In this document: one piece after another, positions 20,038 through 30,546 of the stretch
Position numbering within the stretch: position 1 is the first letter of the stretch
Layout: every line of letters begins with the position of its first letter
NCBI GenBank assembly: GCA_019058445.1
Contig: JAHPZA010000002.1
Coordinates: 32,001 to 96,000 of the forward strand
DNA: 64,000 bases
Direction: 5' to 3'
Source: Promethearchaeota archaeon
GTDB lineage: Archaea > Asgardarchaeota > Lokiarchaeia > Sigyniarchaeales > SOKP01
Program-made: the position numbers and the translations under genes
The notes under the pieces: model-generated
Told to the model about the DNA's origin: nothing
What the model saw: only the letters and a program-made list of their open reading frames with translations
Database searches by the model: none

Positions 20038-21798
20038 ATGGTAAATGGGATAAAAAAAATGCGAAAGCGTTCACTTTTATTATTAATGCCTATTTTATTA
20101 TTAGGCTCATTTTTATCGCTTTTAGCAATTTCCCGAAGCCAGAGTTATTTATATTATGAACGAATTGAATTTAACTATGATGGTACAACATACCACGCTA
20201 ATTTATACCATCCTACTAAAAAGATTGATTTTCAGGATAAACACCCGCTAGTTATTCATATTCATGGATTTAGTAGTCAGAAAGATACGGATTTTCGTGG
20301 TCCTTTAGAACTTACCAAGAGGGGATTCTATGTCGCATCTGTTGATATGCCAGGTCATGGAGAAAGTGCGAATTCACACTTATTAAATACTGATGAAAAT
20401 GGTGAATTAGTAACGACTCAACTGTGTTCAAAATTACTGGATAAGATTGAAAAGTTACGCATTTATTCAAAAATTGATGAAGACCAAATAGGTTTATTAG
20501 GGGAATCTTTTGGGGGTTATGTTGCCCTTATGAATGGTCTTTATGATGATCGATTTAAAGTTACGATAACATGGTCGGCAGTTACGGATGTATTGAAAAT
20601 ATTTAAATTATATGAGGCACCAGGTTACGAGTTTGATAAAGATGATAAAGAATTACTAAAAGAAAATAATCCTGTAGATGTTATGAACAACGGTTCAAAA
20701 CAACCGGATAATTTGTTTTTGATTGTCCATAAAAAAGATTACTTTTATAAATATAATAAAGAGTTACAAAATCTAACTGATTGTAAATGGGAAGTGTTTG
20801 ATTATCCTGTTAGTAGTGTGAGTGAAGCACACGCTATTCTACATAAAAATCTCGTAATTAAAACTATAAATTGGTTTGAAAACAAATTTTTCGATTCAAC
20901 ATCTAAGAACGGCCCAATTCAGCTCTCATATGAATATAATTTCTATCTAATCATTTTGACATTACTAGCAAGTTTGTTAACGATATTTTCGCTAATGATT
21001 TATTTCTCAAAATATCTTCTAAAAAACGAGCTGATTAATATTCAAGCCCCACCCAAAAAGAGTATTGCGACAGAATCCAAAACACCAGAAAGTTCATACA
21101 GTTTAGATAAGAAAAAGAACATCATAATTTTTTCTCTATCAATTCCAATTTTTCTAAGTATATGGATTTTAAGCACTTTATTCTTCGGATGGTGGGCTTC
21201 ATGGTTTCTCTATGCTCCCGCCATTATAATCTTAGTTTATTTTTTAGTTTTTAGAAAAATTTTACATAAAAAGGATCAAGACCAAGAGAAAAAATTTAGC
21301 CTTAAAGATTTTTTTAAATCAGAAATCTCAATAAGATCAATAGCATATGGTGCTTTTTGTTCTGCGCTATTCCTAGGATTTTATTTTGCCTTTGCGTTAT
21401 TTCAACCTTTTTTGTTGTTTTATCCTCACAACATTCTTGCTGTTATTCTATCGTTATGGTTTGTTCCGGTTTATTTATCAACGGAGATATTTTACAGAAA
21501 AATATTATATCCCTCATCATCATTCATAAAATCTAAAAAAACGCGGACCTGTATTATCAGTCTTATTACAATATTTATTCAATTGTTTCTGATGGTTTAT
21601 TATATAATGCTGTTTTTACCATTTAACATTTCCTTTGTTATTACTGTAGCATTTATGTTCTCATCACTAATGAATGGAATTATATATCATAAAACGGAAA
21701 AAATAGGGGCAACACTGTTAAATACTATTATTATTGTGAGTATCTTTGTTGGAGCTTCAGTGTCTTTCTTATTAAACATGTATTCGATGTTTTCTTAA
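20038..21798 (+). CDS. Membrane-bound alpha/beta hydrolase, paralog B
   Basis: Same length (586 aa) as 16449..18209 and colinear with it; GESFGG. Confidence 0.88.
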   Translation: MVNGIKKMRKRSLLLLMPILLLGSFLSLLAISRSQSYLYYERIEFNYDGTTYHANLYHPTKKIDFQDKHPLVIHIHGFSSQKDTDFRGPLELTKRGFYVASVDMPGHGESANSHLLNTDENGELVTTQLCSKLLDKIEKLRIYSKIDEDQIGLLGESFGGYVALMNGLYDDRFKVTITWSAVTDVLKIFKLYEAPGYEFDKDDKELLKENNPVDVMNNGSKQPDNLFLIVHKKDYFYKYNKELQNLTDCKWEVFDYPVSSVSEAHAILHKNLVIKTINWFENKFFDSTSKNGPIQLSYEYNFYLIILTLLASLLTIFSLMIYFSKYLLKNELINIQAPPKKSIATESKTPESSYSLDKKKNIIIFSLSIPIFLSIWILSTLFFGWWASWFLYAPAIIILVYFLVFRKILHKKDQDQEKKFSLKDFFKSEISIRSIAYGAFCSALFLGFYFAFALFQPFLLFYPHNILAVILSLWFVPVYLSTEIFYRKILYPSSSFIKSKKTRTCIISLITIFIQLFLMVYYIMLFLPFNISFVITVAFMFSSLMNGIIYHKTEKIGATLLNTIIIVSIFVGASVSFLLNMYSMFS

Positions 21799-22110
21799 AG
21801 GATATAAGAATACTTATAAGAAATTAAGAACCAATAGTCTGTAATTATTTTTTTTATTCTAAAAATATTTTTTTAACTAATAGAAAATATCATTGTAATA
21901 AATATTAAAAATCTTTATTCAAGTTTATTTTTAGCAGTCTTTAGAGTTCCTAGAAGCCGGATTGTTTTATTAAAATTCTAATTACTCGCTCAATTTAAAT
22001 ACTACTTTATTTATCTAAAATTAAAAGAATTACTTATTGTAAAATAAAGGTGGTTAAAGAAAGAATTAATTTATATCAAAATGAATCAGCATTGGAACTC
22101 TATTTTTATC

Positions 22111-22300
22111 CTCAGAGGACTTCCCTCATTTGTGAATATTTACTCCCATATCGGGGGACATACAGCGAAAGCCCATCTGGCATAGTACCGGGATGATGAC
22201 CTTTCGGAATATGAAGTAGTCCGAAATGCCTTTCGGCTATCGGATAGGGGCTACCGGTTTTAGCCCTCATGAATAAGACGGCACCGACCGTAACCTTCAT
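22111..22300 (-). other. GC-rich structured island: candidate ncRNA or 62-aa small protein gene
   Basis: Hand count 93/190 G+C against very AT-rich flanks. Several hairpins, and the island coincides with an ATG..TGA ORF. Confidence 0.55.
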
Positions 22301-22450
22301 GTAAAAATTTTTTAGTAAAATTAGTTAATATTATTTAATAATTTTAATAAAAAAGATAACCTAATCAATTAAAATGGTTTAAATATAATTATATAAATTA
22401 AGAGTAAGTAAAATAGCAATTTCCATATAAAATTAAAAGCTGAAAATATT

Positions 22451-23560
22451 TTGGGAGAAAATACTTTTGGGACGAGATTTAAGATAACCTCGTTCGGAGA
22501 GAGCCACGGAAAAGTCATAGGAGTTGTTGTGGATGGTGTTCCAGCAGGATTGGAGTTTGATTTAGAGTATATTCAGATTGAATTAAATAAACGCAGACCA
22601 GGTCAATCTCATTTAACAACTTCTCGCTCTGAATCTGATAAAGCTAAGGTTTTATCCGGAATCTTCAATGGGAAAACTACCGGAGCACCTATTTGCTTAA
22701 TTGTTGAAAATAAGGATGTAGACTCGTCAAAGTATGAAAAATTCAAAAATTTTTTACGACCATCTCAAATAGATTATTCTGCCCTGACTAAATATGGTGG
22801 ATTTGCAGATTATAAAGGATCAGGTCGATTTTCAGGTCGAGTTACGGCAGGATTTGTGATGGCTGGAGCAATTGCTAAGCAAATTTTATCGGAATATGAT
22901 ATTGGCATATTTGCATATACGAAAAGTATTGGCAACATTATTGATACTGAAGATTATCATGTTGATGACATTCAAAAGATTACAGATTTACGAGAAAAAT
23001 CTCCTGTAAGAGCTTTAAATTCGAAACAATCTAAATTGATGGAGCAAATAATAGAAGAAGTAAAAAATCAAAAAGATTCCATTGGAGGAATTATTAAATG
23101 TATTGTGAATAATTTTCCTGAAGGAATTGGGGGACCAATATTTAATAGTCTTGAATCAAATATAAGTAAAGCGATATTTTCTATCCCAGCAATAAAAGGT
23201 ATAGAATTTGGAGCAGGATTCCGAGCGGCTACAATGAAGGGCTCTGAACATAATGATCCATGGATCATTAGAGATGGAAAAATCCAAACAACTCAAAATA
23301 ATTCAGGAGGCATAATAGGGGGTATTTCTACGGGTATGCCTATTGAATTTAAAGTAGCAGTAAAGCCAACAGCGACAATTGGAATTCCTCAAAAAACAGT
23401 AAACATTAAAACTATGGAAAACACTGAAATAGAGATTACCGGAAGACATGATCCATGTATTGTTCCGAGAGCGATTGTAGTCATAGAAGCCATGACGGCT
23501 ATTGTTTTGCTAGATTTCTTATTAATTGAAGGAATAGTCCCATCAGTACTAAAATCTTAA
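22451..23560 (+). CDS. aroC: Chorismate synthase
   Basis: FGESHG, RRPGQS, GRFSGR, GGISTG, KPT, GRHDPC. Confidence 0.97.
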   Translation: MGENTFGTRFKITSFGESHGKVIGVVVDGVPAGLEFDLEYIQIELNKRRPGQSHLTTSRSESDKAKVLSGIFNGKTTGAPICLIVENKDVDSSKYEKFKNFLRPSQIDYSALTKYGGFADYKGSGRFSGRVTAGFVMAGAIAKQILSEYDIGIFAYTKSIGNIIDTEDYHVDDIQKITDLREKSPVRALNSKQSKLMEQIIEEVKNQKDSIGGIIKCIVNNFPEGIGGPIFNSLESNISKAIFSIPAIKGIEFGAGFRAATMKGSEHNDPWIIRDGKIQTTQNNSGGIIGGISTGMPIEFKVAVKPTATIGIPQKTVNIKTMENTEIEITGRHDPCIVPRAIVVIEAMTAIVLLDFLLIEGIVPSVLKS

Positions 23561-23590
23561 ACCAGAATAACTCACAGAGAAAGAATGAGA

Positions 23591-24841
23591 TTAATCCGTT
23601 AATTTTCTTATTTTTTCTTGAATTCTCTTTAATTCTCTCTTTAATTGTCTTTCTCTAGATCTAAGCTGTTTTTTTATTTTTGGCTTTATTTCTGATTCTG
23701 GGAGGGAGAGAATGGAAGGAGTCTTTTGTTTTGTATTATAACCGAGTTCTTGAAAAATAACCTTAATTTCAGGATTTAAAAATTCAGAAATGTTAACAAC
23801 ACGTTTTTCTTTAATAGATTTTTCAGCTGCGAAGGCGGGAACACTTGCTTCTCTTCCGATTGATAAATTGGCATATGGGTGTTTTCTCGTTTTAATACAT
23901 TCAAGAAAACTCCTTCGTTCTGCTTGAACTCCAATGTGAACAAGTCCTTCGTTATCTGAATAATAATCCACATCCACTTCTTCTAATTTATTACCTTCGG
24001 AAATAAGTAGTTTTTCATCATTCTTAGCTAATGCCCATATCCCATTATCACCAATTACTCCAATTTCGAGTCCTTCAATTGGTTGGATTTCATACATGCA
24101 TAATCCTAAATTTGCTTTTGCTCCATTTTCATATTCAATCAACACATTTGCATGATCAAGAATACTAGGATTTTTAAGTACTAATCCCTGGTACCTCGAG
24201 TATGAACACTGGATTCCATGACCTGGTTTAACTACATGTTGTCCGCCCATTGCAAACACTCGCTCGGGAGGTGATTGAATAAACCAATTAAAAAGATCAA
24301 AATGATGACAATTTTTATCTAAAAGAGCCCCTCCTGACTTCTTTTCATCAAAAAACCATGGACTTGGAAAATTTTCTCTATATTCTTTACAGTATGTCAT
24401 CATCACCTTTCCAAATGTCCCTTTTTCGATTAATAGCGCTAAAGTCCGACACAGATTAGAATACCGATACTCCAACCCAATCTGAATAATTCTATCTGTT
24501 TTTGCATACTCTTTAATTATATTATCAGTCGCTTCAATAGTCGGAGCAATGGGTTTTTCCAGAAAAATATCTTTATTAGCTCTTAAGGCATCAATTGTTA
24601 TTTGAGTATGGAAGTTACTTGGTGTAGCAATTACAATGGCATCTATATCCGACATTTTCAATAAATCCTTATAATCTTTAAGAAAAGCCGGACTACTTCC
24701 ATGGATAGATGATTGACTCATTTTAAGTTGTCTTTCGTTTGGATCAGCAACAGCTAAAATTTGGCTCTCAGATAATCTGTCAAAGCCCATACAATGATCC
24801 CATCCATGAATTCCAGCTCCAATTATTCCAATATTTATCAT
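23591..24841 (-). CDS. Gfo/Idh/MocA family oxidoreductase
   Basis: IGIIGAG, FLEKP, GGALLDKNCHHFD. Confidence 0.92.
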   Translation of the reverse strand: MINIGIIGAGIHGWDHCMGFDRLSESQILAVADPNERQLKMSQSSIHGSSPAFLKDYKDLLKMSDIDAIVIATPSNFHTQITIDALRANKDIFLEKPIAPTIEATDNIIKEYAKTDRIIQIGLEYRYSNLCRTLALLIEKGTFGKVMMTYCKEYRENFPSPWFFDEKKSGGALLDKNCHHFDLFNWFIQSPPERVFAMGGQHVVKPGHGIQCSYSRYQGLVLKNPSILDHANVLIEYENGAKANLGLCMYEIQPIEGLEIGVIGDNGIWALAKNDEKLLISEGNKLEEVDVDYYSDNEGLVHIGVQAERRSFLECIKTRKHPYANLSIGREASVPAFAAEKSIKEKRVVNISEFLNPEIKVIFQELGYNTKQKTPSILSLPESEIKPKIKKQLRSRERQLKRELKRIQEKIRKLTD

Positions 24842-25004
24842 AATATCCGCCTATATTGATCTTGAATTAATTTAATTAGTTCAAACTTAAAGACTTTTTT
24901 TTAATTATTTGGTTAATCAAATCATTTCGTTTTGAATAATTTTATTATGTGGGAGTATCTTTAATAAATTATATTTTAAAATTAAAGTTGGGATATAATA
25001 TATC

Positions 25005-25238
25005 ATGAGTAAAAAAATCGACACGTCCGAGCAGTTCATTGAGTTTTACAAGAAAAAAGGGGATTATCTTATCACTCTCGTAGATAATCATTATATGAAT
25101 AAAGAATATAAGAAATGTCTTGAATTATTAAATCAAGCATACGCCATGTACCAGAAAGGGAATTGTTCGGAAGATATGGCAACTACGAAGAAAAGATTTG
25201 ATGAAATAAAAACAACCCATTTTAAAAAAAAAGATTAA
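25005..25238 (+). CDS. Small helical (TPR-like) hypothetical protein
   Basis: 77 aa; YKKCLELLNQAYAMY helix pattern. Confidence 0.6.
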   Translation: MSKKIDTSEQFIEFYKKKGDYLITLVDNHYMNKEYKKCLELLNQAYAMYQKGNCSEDMATTKKRFDEIKTTHFKKKD

Positions 25239-25731
25239 CATTCCGTTGTTTTGATTTTAATCTCTCCATAATTTTTTCTATGTGGGTTCCTTTCCAATAT
25301 ACTTTTTTGCACTTTGTACATTGATAGAACTCTTCGAAATATTTAAACGTTTCAGGTTTTACTTCGTTTATTATTAGGTTCTTATCATTCACTTTTTCTA
25401 ATTCCGAATTGCACATGGAACATCGGGCTTTTTGCATATCAAAATTGAAGTTTAACTGTAATTTTTTTTTAAGTTGATCTAAATAATTATACACCCCTTC
25501 ACCTTCTAAGAATATGCTTCGATCTCTATTTTTTTTGTAAAAAGCATAATCTCTAGTAATAATAATACGATTATTTTCAATTGCATATTCTGCAAGTTTT
25601 TCATCTGGAACTGGGACAATACCAAATACACCTTCTAGATCGTCAGCATACACAGTATCATAACCAAATATGCGTAGGAAGCGAGTAAGTCTGCCATACA
25701 TCGCATCTGTTAAAAACTTAATCTCGTTCAT
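25222..25731 (-). CDS. Mut7-C RNase (PIN) domain protein
   Basis: FLTDAMYGRLTRFLRIFGYD, IITRD, RCSMCN, CTKCKKVYWKGTH. Confidence 0.93.
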   Translation of the reverse strand: MNEIKFLTDAMYGRLTRFLRIFGYDTVYADDLEGVFGIVPVPDEKLAEYAIENNRIIITRDYAFYKKNRDRSIFLEGEGVYNYLDQLKKKLQLNFNFDMQKARCSMCNSELEKVNDKNLIINEVKPETFKYFEEFYQCTKCKKVYWKGTHIEKIMERLKSKQRNVNLFF

Positions 25732-25823
25732 CTCTATTAAATAAATATAAGGTTTAATATTTAAAATTCTAATTTGAGAATAAGTTCAAAAAATAAAATT
25801 TGTTTCTCAACTTATTATAGCGT

Positions 25824-26492
25824 TTAACTTTTTTTTTGAATTATTATAGCTCTACAAAAACTACTATCTAAGTTGTGTATTTTTATTGGTAATGCCATCA
25901 CGTAAAAACGGTCTTGAGTTATTTTATCTAGATTATCAACAATCTCAACAAAACAAACATCCTGACTCATTAATATATCATGGAATTCTCGAATTTCTTC
26001 CACATCCTTTCCGAGTCGGATATTGTCCAATACAAGAAGTTTTGGTTTGAATTTAACCATCCATCTTGCAGCTTCAGCGGTTAATTGTGGCAATTCACCT
26101 TTATCGCCAATATAAAGCTGTTGTTTAGTAAGTTTAATGCCAGTATCATTCCTGATAACAATAATATCACCATTTTTAATATTCTTTTCCAAGCTATCTT
26201 TACATGTTTTTTCTGTTATTAATTTATCCCTTACGGGAAATAAAATTCCTGGTCCATGAAAATGATTTAATGGGTAATCTGTGATTGTTTTTCCATCATC
26301 ATAGAAATGAGCCCCCACTTCCACATGAGTTCCCACATGAGAATGAGTTTTTAGAATATCATATCTAATTGTTCTATCTTGTAGTAATGCTTTCTGAATA
26401 GCAAATGGCCGGTCTGGATTTTCACCGGGTATTATGGTATAGGAAATATCAATAATATCAAATTCTTCTAAATTAAATGTCATTTTAATCAT
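25824..26492 (-). CDS. Cyclase/kynurenine formamidase family metallohydrolase
   Basis: HVGTHVEVGAHF; E..DNL; ALPIKI. Confidence 0.88.
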   Translation of the reverse strand: MIKMTFNLEEFDIIDISYTIIPGENPDRPFAIQKALLQDRTIRYDILKTHSHVGTHVEVGAHFYDDGKTITDYPLNHFHGPGILFPVRDKLITEKTCKDSLEKNIKNGDIIVIRNDTGIKLTKQQLYIGDKGELPQLTAEAARWMVKFKPKLLVLDNIRLGKDVEEIREFHDILMSQDVCFVEIVDNLDKITQDRFYVMALPIKIHNLDSSFCRAIIIQKKS

Positions 26493-26597
26493 TCTTGTTA
26501 ATTCTATTCATTTTAATATATTATATATTCATTTTTATTAAGTTTTTTTTTAAAATAAGAAAAAAAAAGATTTCATTTTTAATATGTGTTATTTCTT

Positions 26598-27863
26598 TTA
26601 CAAATTTTTCTCTAACCGAGTCTCACTTTTAACAAAAAACATTAGAATGAGGGCTATTGCATATATTAATGCGGTATTTAGGAGCATATAATACCAACTT
26701 GTTAAATCTGTGAATAAGCCTATTAATGCCGGACCAAAGGCGGCTGCTGCATAGTAGAACAAATAATATATCCCTGTATGAGTTCCAATCTCTTTTGATG
26801 AAGGTGCTTTTCCCCATATAATAACGATCATATTAATATTTATCATCGCCCAACCTATTGATAATAAGATAATAACGATAATCAACATCAATAAGGTTTG
26901 AATTAAGAATCCAAGTATCATACTACAAACAATTAAAATAAAGCCTAATTTTATAAATAAGAGTCTATTATATTTTTCGGCTAAAACAGAAAGGGGATAA
27001 GCAAATATTAAAAATGCAACACCTCCGTATAATGTAAGACTTCCTGCGGTTCCTCTTGATAAGCCATACACTTCCATAGCATAGGGGGTGAGAAGAGCTC
27101 TCACTCCTGACCAGGCAAGTGACGCACAAAATATCGCAAATAGAATGATAAGGGTGCTCTTATCTTTTTCTTTTCGAATACTTCTAAATGTGTCTCTAAA
27201 AGTTATTTTTTCCTTTTGTTGAGCATGTTCTAAACCAAGTTCTTCTTCTTTTAAGATGAGTTGATATGACTTAGCGTTTTTTTCCTTCACAGTAGCTAAT
27301 ATGATAAATAAACAAAGAATCGATATAATACCGGTGATTATAAACGCTAACTGTAAACTTACGTCTACAACAAGGAGGCTTATTAAAGCGGCAACAATGA
27401 TAGTTACACTTGTCATTATCTTTCCAAATGCGTTGGCTTTACTTCTATGCTCTTCTGGGATAAAATCAGGCAAAAGAGATTCAGAAGGAGCTTTGAATAG
27501 TAGCATTACTGTAACATAACCTAATATGAAGATCATAAGGGTGAGAAGAGATGTTTCAAAGGCTATTAATATAAAAAATATTGCAGCAAGAGGAATCCCC
27601 ACCATTATATAAGGTATTCTTCTCCCAAATCTGGTTCTGGTATTATCTGAGTGTTTACCGATAAGGGGTTCAACAAATAGCCCTAAAAGGTTATCTAATC
27701 CCATAATTAAACCAACAATGGCAACGCTAGTAATGTATTTTAATAGGCTTACAGGGACCTGACTGTCATAGAAATTCCACGTAATTTCTTGAGCAAAAAT
27801 CGCTATTGAGATAAAAAAGGCCATTTTTGCGGGAAATTTTTCTTTAGTTTTAGTTTCTGACAT
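26598..27863 (-). CDS. MFS transporter
   Basis: SDNTRTRFGRRIPY; about 12 TM segments. Confidence 0.92.
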   Translation of the reverse strand: MSETKTKEKFPAKMAFFISIAIFAQEITWNFYDSQVPVSLLKYITSVAIVGLIMGLDNLLGLFVEPLIGKHSDNTRTRFGRRIPYIMVGIPLAAIFFILIAFETSLLTLMIFILGYVTVMLLFKAPSESLLPDFIPEEHRSKANAFGKIMTSVTIIVAALISLLVVDVSLQLAFIITGIISILCLFIILATVKEKNAKSYQLILKEEELGLEHAQQKEKITFRDTFRSIRKEKDKSTLIILFAIFCASLAWSGVRALLTPYAMEVYGLSRGTAGSLTLYGGVAFLIFAYPLSVLAEKYNRLLFIKLGFILIVCSMILGFLIQTLLMLIIVIILLSIGWAMININMIVIIWGKAPSSKEIGTHTGIYYLFYYAAAAFGPALIGLFTDLTSWYYMLLNTALIYAIALILMFFVKSETRLEKNL

Positions 27864-27914
27864 TTTAATCTTTACTCTTTATAGTTAATAAAATAAATTT
27901 TTTTTTTAATAAAA

Positions 27915-28032
27915 TTTAATCGAATATTAGATAGATTAATATTTATTAAGTTCAAAATATATTTAAATGTTTCATTAAAATTTAATCGAATATTAGATAC
28001 ATTAATATTTAATCGAATATTAGATACATTAA
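27915..28032. promoter_or_regulatory. Three copies of a ~25-nt repeat with an imperfect palindromic core, in a divergent promoter
   Basis: TTTAATCGAATATTAGATA(G/C)ATTAA at 27915, 27981 and 28008; core ATCGAATATTAGAT. Confidence 0.75.
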
Positions 28033-28076
28033 GTTCAAAAATATCTGATCTTTAAAAAATAATAAAGTGTATTATA

Positions 28077-29444
28077 ATGGAAGTTCGTGTTATTGCTCCA
28101 AATGGTACCATTGGTGCTGGTTATAAAGAAAAATCGCTTGAGAGAGGAATTGCTTTAAAGCCTCATGTTATTGCATGTGATGGGGGCTCAACAGATTCAG
28201 GACCAAGTTATTTGGGATCTGGAACTCCGAAATCATCACGTCAAGCGGTTAAACGAGATCTTCGATATATGTTTTTGGGTAGAGAGGAATTAGGAGTTCC
28301 ATTAATTATCGGTTCTTGTGGTACCAGCGGTGCAGATGTGGGTGTTGATTGGGTGCGCGATATTTGTCTTGAAATCGCAGCTGAGGAGAATCTTCATTTC
28401 AAATTAGCTGTAATAAAAAGCGATCAAAACAAAGAATATCTTAAGAAAAAATTGAAAGAAGGCAGAATTAAACCGTTAACACCCGCACCTGAGATTAGTG
28501 AAAGTATTATAGATAAAGCCAGCCGGATCGTTGGTGTGATGGGATATGAACAAATTGATAGAGCCTTATCTGAAGGAGCAGAAGTTATTTTGGCTGGTCG
28601 TGCGACCGACACTGCATTATTTGCAGCAATCCCTTTACGTATGGGTGCAGATCCAGGTCCTACATGGCATATGGCTAAGACTATAGAATGCGGGGCCGCT
28701 TGTGCTGTTGTACCAGCTGCTGATGGCATGTATGCAGTTATTAAGGATAATGAATTTACTATTGAACCACTTGATTTGGAATCAAGGGTTACACCTTTAA
28801 CAGTTGCCTCACATATGCTTTATGAAAATTCAAGTCCGTTTTTATTACGAGAACCAGGAGGATGGCTCGATACTACTAATTCCCAATATAAAGCGATAGA
28901 TGACCGATCGGTAAGCGTATCAGGATCTGTTTTTAGGAAAGCAGAAACCTATACCATCAAGCTAGAAGCAGCAGAATTAATAGGATATCAATCAATAATT
29001 ATTGGTGGGATTCGAGATCCATACATTATAAGACGTCTAGACGAATTAATCCCTTTTTTACAAGGGTATTTTAAACTTAAAGTCCGCAAATTGTTCGAGG
29101 GGAAAGTAAAAAAGAAAGATTACAAATTACATTTTCGAATCTACGGTCGGGATGGAGTTATGGGACCTTATGAACCGCTAAAAGACAATGTTGGGCATGA
29201 AGTCGGAATTCTTATTACCGTCACCGCAAAAACTCAACAGTTGGCGTCCGATATTGCAAAATTTGTGGCTTGGATGTCTGCTCATGTTCCAATACCAGAA
29301 TGGCAGGGGATTATTAGTAGCATTGCATATCCTTTTTCACCACCAGAAATAGAAAGAGGAGCTGTTTACCGCTTTAGTTTAAATCACGTTGTTGAGCCTG
29401 ATAATCCACTTGAAATGTTTCGTTTTAACTATGAGGAGGTGTGA
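28077..29444 (+). CDS. AtuA-like (DUF1446) protein
   Basis: DGGSTDSGP, IGSCGTSG, AGRATDTA, KTIECG, HMLYEN; coupled to a DUF4387 gene. Confidence 0.85.
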   Translation: MEVRVIAPNGTIGAGYKEKSLERGIALKPHVIACDGGSTDSGPSYLGSGTPKSSRQAVKRDLRYMFLGREELGVPLIIGSCGTSGADVGVDWVRDICLEIAAEENLHFKLAVIKSDQNKEYLKKKLKEGRIKPLTPAPEISESIIDKASRIVGVMGYEQIDRALSEGAEVILAGRATDTALFAAIPLRMGADPGPTWHMAKTIECGAACAVVPAADGMYAVIKDNEFTIEPLDLESRVTPLTVASHMLYENSSPFLLREPGGWLDTTNSQYKAIDDRSVSVSGSVFRKAETYTIKLEAAELIGYQSIIIGGIRDPYIIRRLDELIPFLQGYFKLKVRKLFEGKVKKKDYKLHFRIYGRDGVMGPYEPLKDNVGHEVGILITVTAKTQQLASDIAKFVAWMSAHVPIPEWQGIISSIAYPFSPPEIERGAVYRFSLNHVVEPDNPLEMFRFNYEEV

Positions 29445-29764
29445 AAAATATTAAAACATTAGGAGAACTTGCTAAGATAATTAGGTCAAAAAACGCAGGA
29501 CCTTTTGCCATAACATTTGATATAATGTTTGCAACTGAAAAAGATTATAATCTTGTTGTAAAGTCCAATATTTTAACCGTTGAAAGATTCAGCAATTTAT
29601 TTAACATCCCCCCCGAAGATATTCAATTCTACCTTGTTAAAAACGCTTATGCAATAAAGATATCCATGCCAAGACCTTATTTTCAGGGTGATCTTGAGGA
29701 TGGAGATAATTATGCTGGTCAACAATATCCTCCTTTGATAGGGATAGAAATTCCAGGGACCTAA
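29441..29764 (+). CDS. DUF4387 family protein
   Basis: IRSKNAGPFAITFDIMF, D.YAGQQYPPL; GTGA overlap with the upstream gene. Confidence 0.88.
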   Translation: MKNIKTLGELAKIIRSKNAGPFAITFDIMFATEKDYNLVVKSNILTVERFSNLFNIPPEDIQFYLVKNAYAIKISMPRPYFQGDLEDGDNYAGQQYPPLIGIEIPGT

Positions 29765-29799
29765 CCCTAAAATATACTTTTATATACTGGCAATACTAA

Positions 29800-30546
29800 T
29801 TGATTACTATCATGCCAATTGAAGGATTAACTGAGTTAGAGATTATTAACGGGATTTTTACCTCGATTTTCGTTTTTGTTTCAATTTTAATTGGATTAAG
29901 GATAATATTAAAATACAATAAACATCAAATAAAAGAACTAATAACAGTAGGAATTAGTATGATTTTTCTCTCTACCCATTGGTGGGGAAATTCTTTCTCG
30001 TTTTTATTATATATAGCTTTTAATTATGAACTTGAAACGGTCACCCACCTTATTATTGAAAATATTTTTACCCCGATCGCATTGATTTTATGGGTATATT
30101 CCGTTTGCTCACTTGCATATCCTACAAAAATCAGAATATCGCTTTTAATCATTACACCAGTGTGCATTATATATTATGTGTTTTTATTTATCGGGCTTAT
30201 AGTCGACCCAGAAATTCTTGTAATACCTTTAAGTAGATTTGATACAAGATCTACAATCCTTTTGCTGTGTTTAAAAATATCTGCCTTATTTGTATTTACA
30301 ACCTATACAGTTCTATTTGGGTTAAATTTGATCAAAGATGGAGATAAAATAATTCAATGGAAAGGTAAATTTTTATTTTTAGCTATTGCTTTATATTCTC
30401 TCGGTGGAATCGGCTCAATGTTCTTATTTTCATTAGCAGAATTAGTAATTTTAAGATTGTTATTGATATTAAGCTCAATTCTATTTTATTTTAGTTTTTT
30501 CATACCTGATCCCTTGAGAAAATGGGTAATTAAGAATGAAGATTAA
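29800..30546 (+). CDS. Seven-TM membrane protein
   Basis: Seven hydrophobic segments, ending YFSFFIP. Confidence 0.8.
   Translation: MITIMPIEGLTELEIINGIFTSIFVFVSILIGLRIILKYNKHQIKELITVGISMIFLSTHWWGNSFSFLLYIAFNYELETVTHLIIENIFTPIALILWVYSVCSLAYPTKIRISLLIITPVCIIYYVFLFIGLIVDPEILVIPLSRFDTRSTILLLCLKISALFVFTTYTVLFGLNLIKDGDKIIQWKGKFLFLAIALYSLGGIGSMFLFSLAELVILRLLLILSSILFYFSFFIPDPLRKWVIKNED

Noticed and set aside
22111-22130. RNase P RNA (minus-strand GAGGGAAGTCC resembles CR-I) or TPP riboswitch
   Set aside because: The motif sits at the 3' end of the GC island with no CR-V partner downstream, and the TPP core motifs are absent.
27915-28032. Mini CRISPR array
   Set aside because: Gaps between copies are about 41 and 2 nt, AT-rich and not spacer-like; no cas genes are present.
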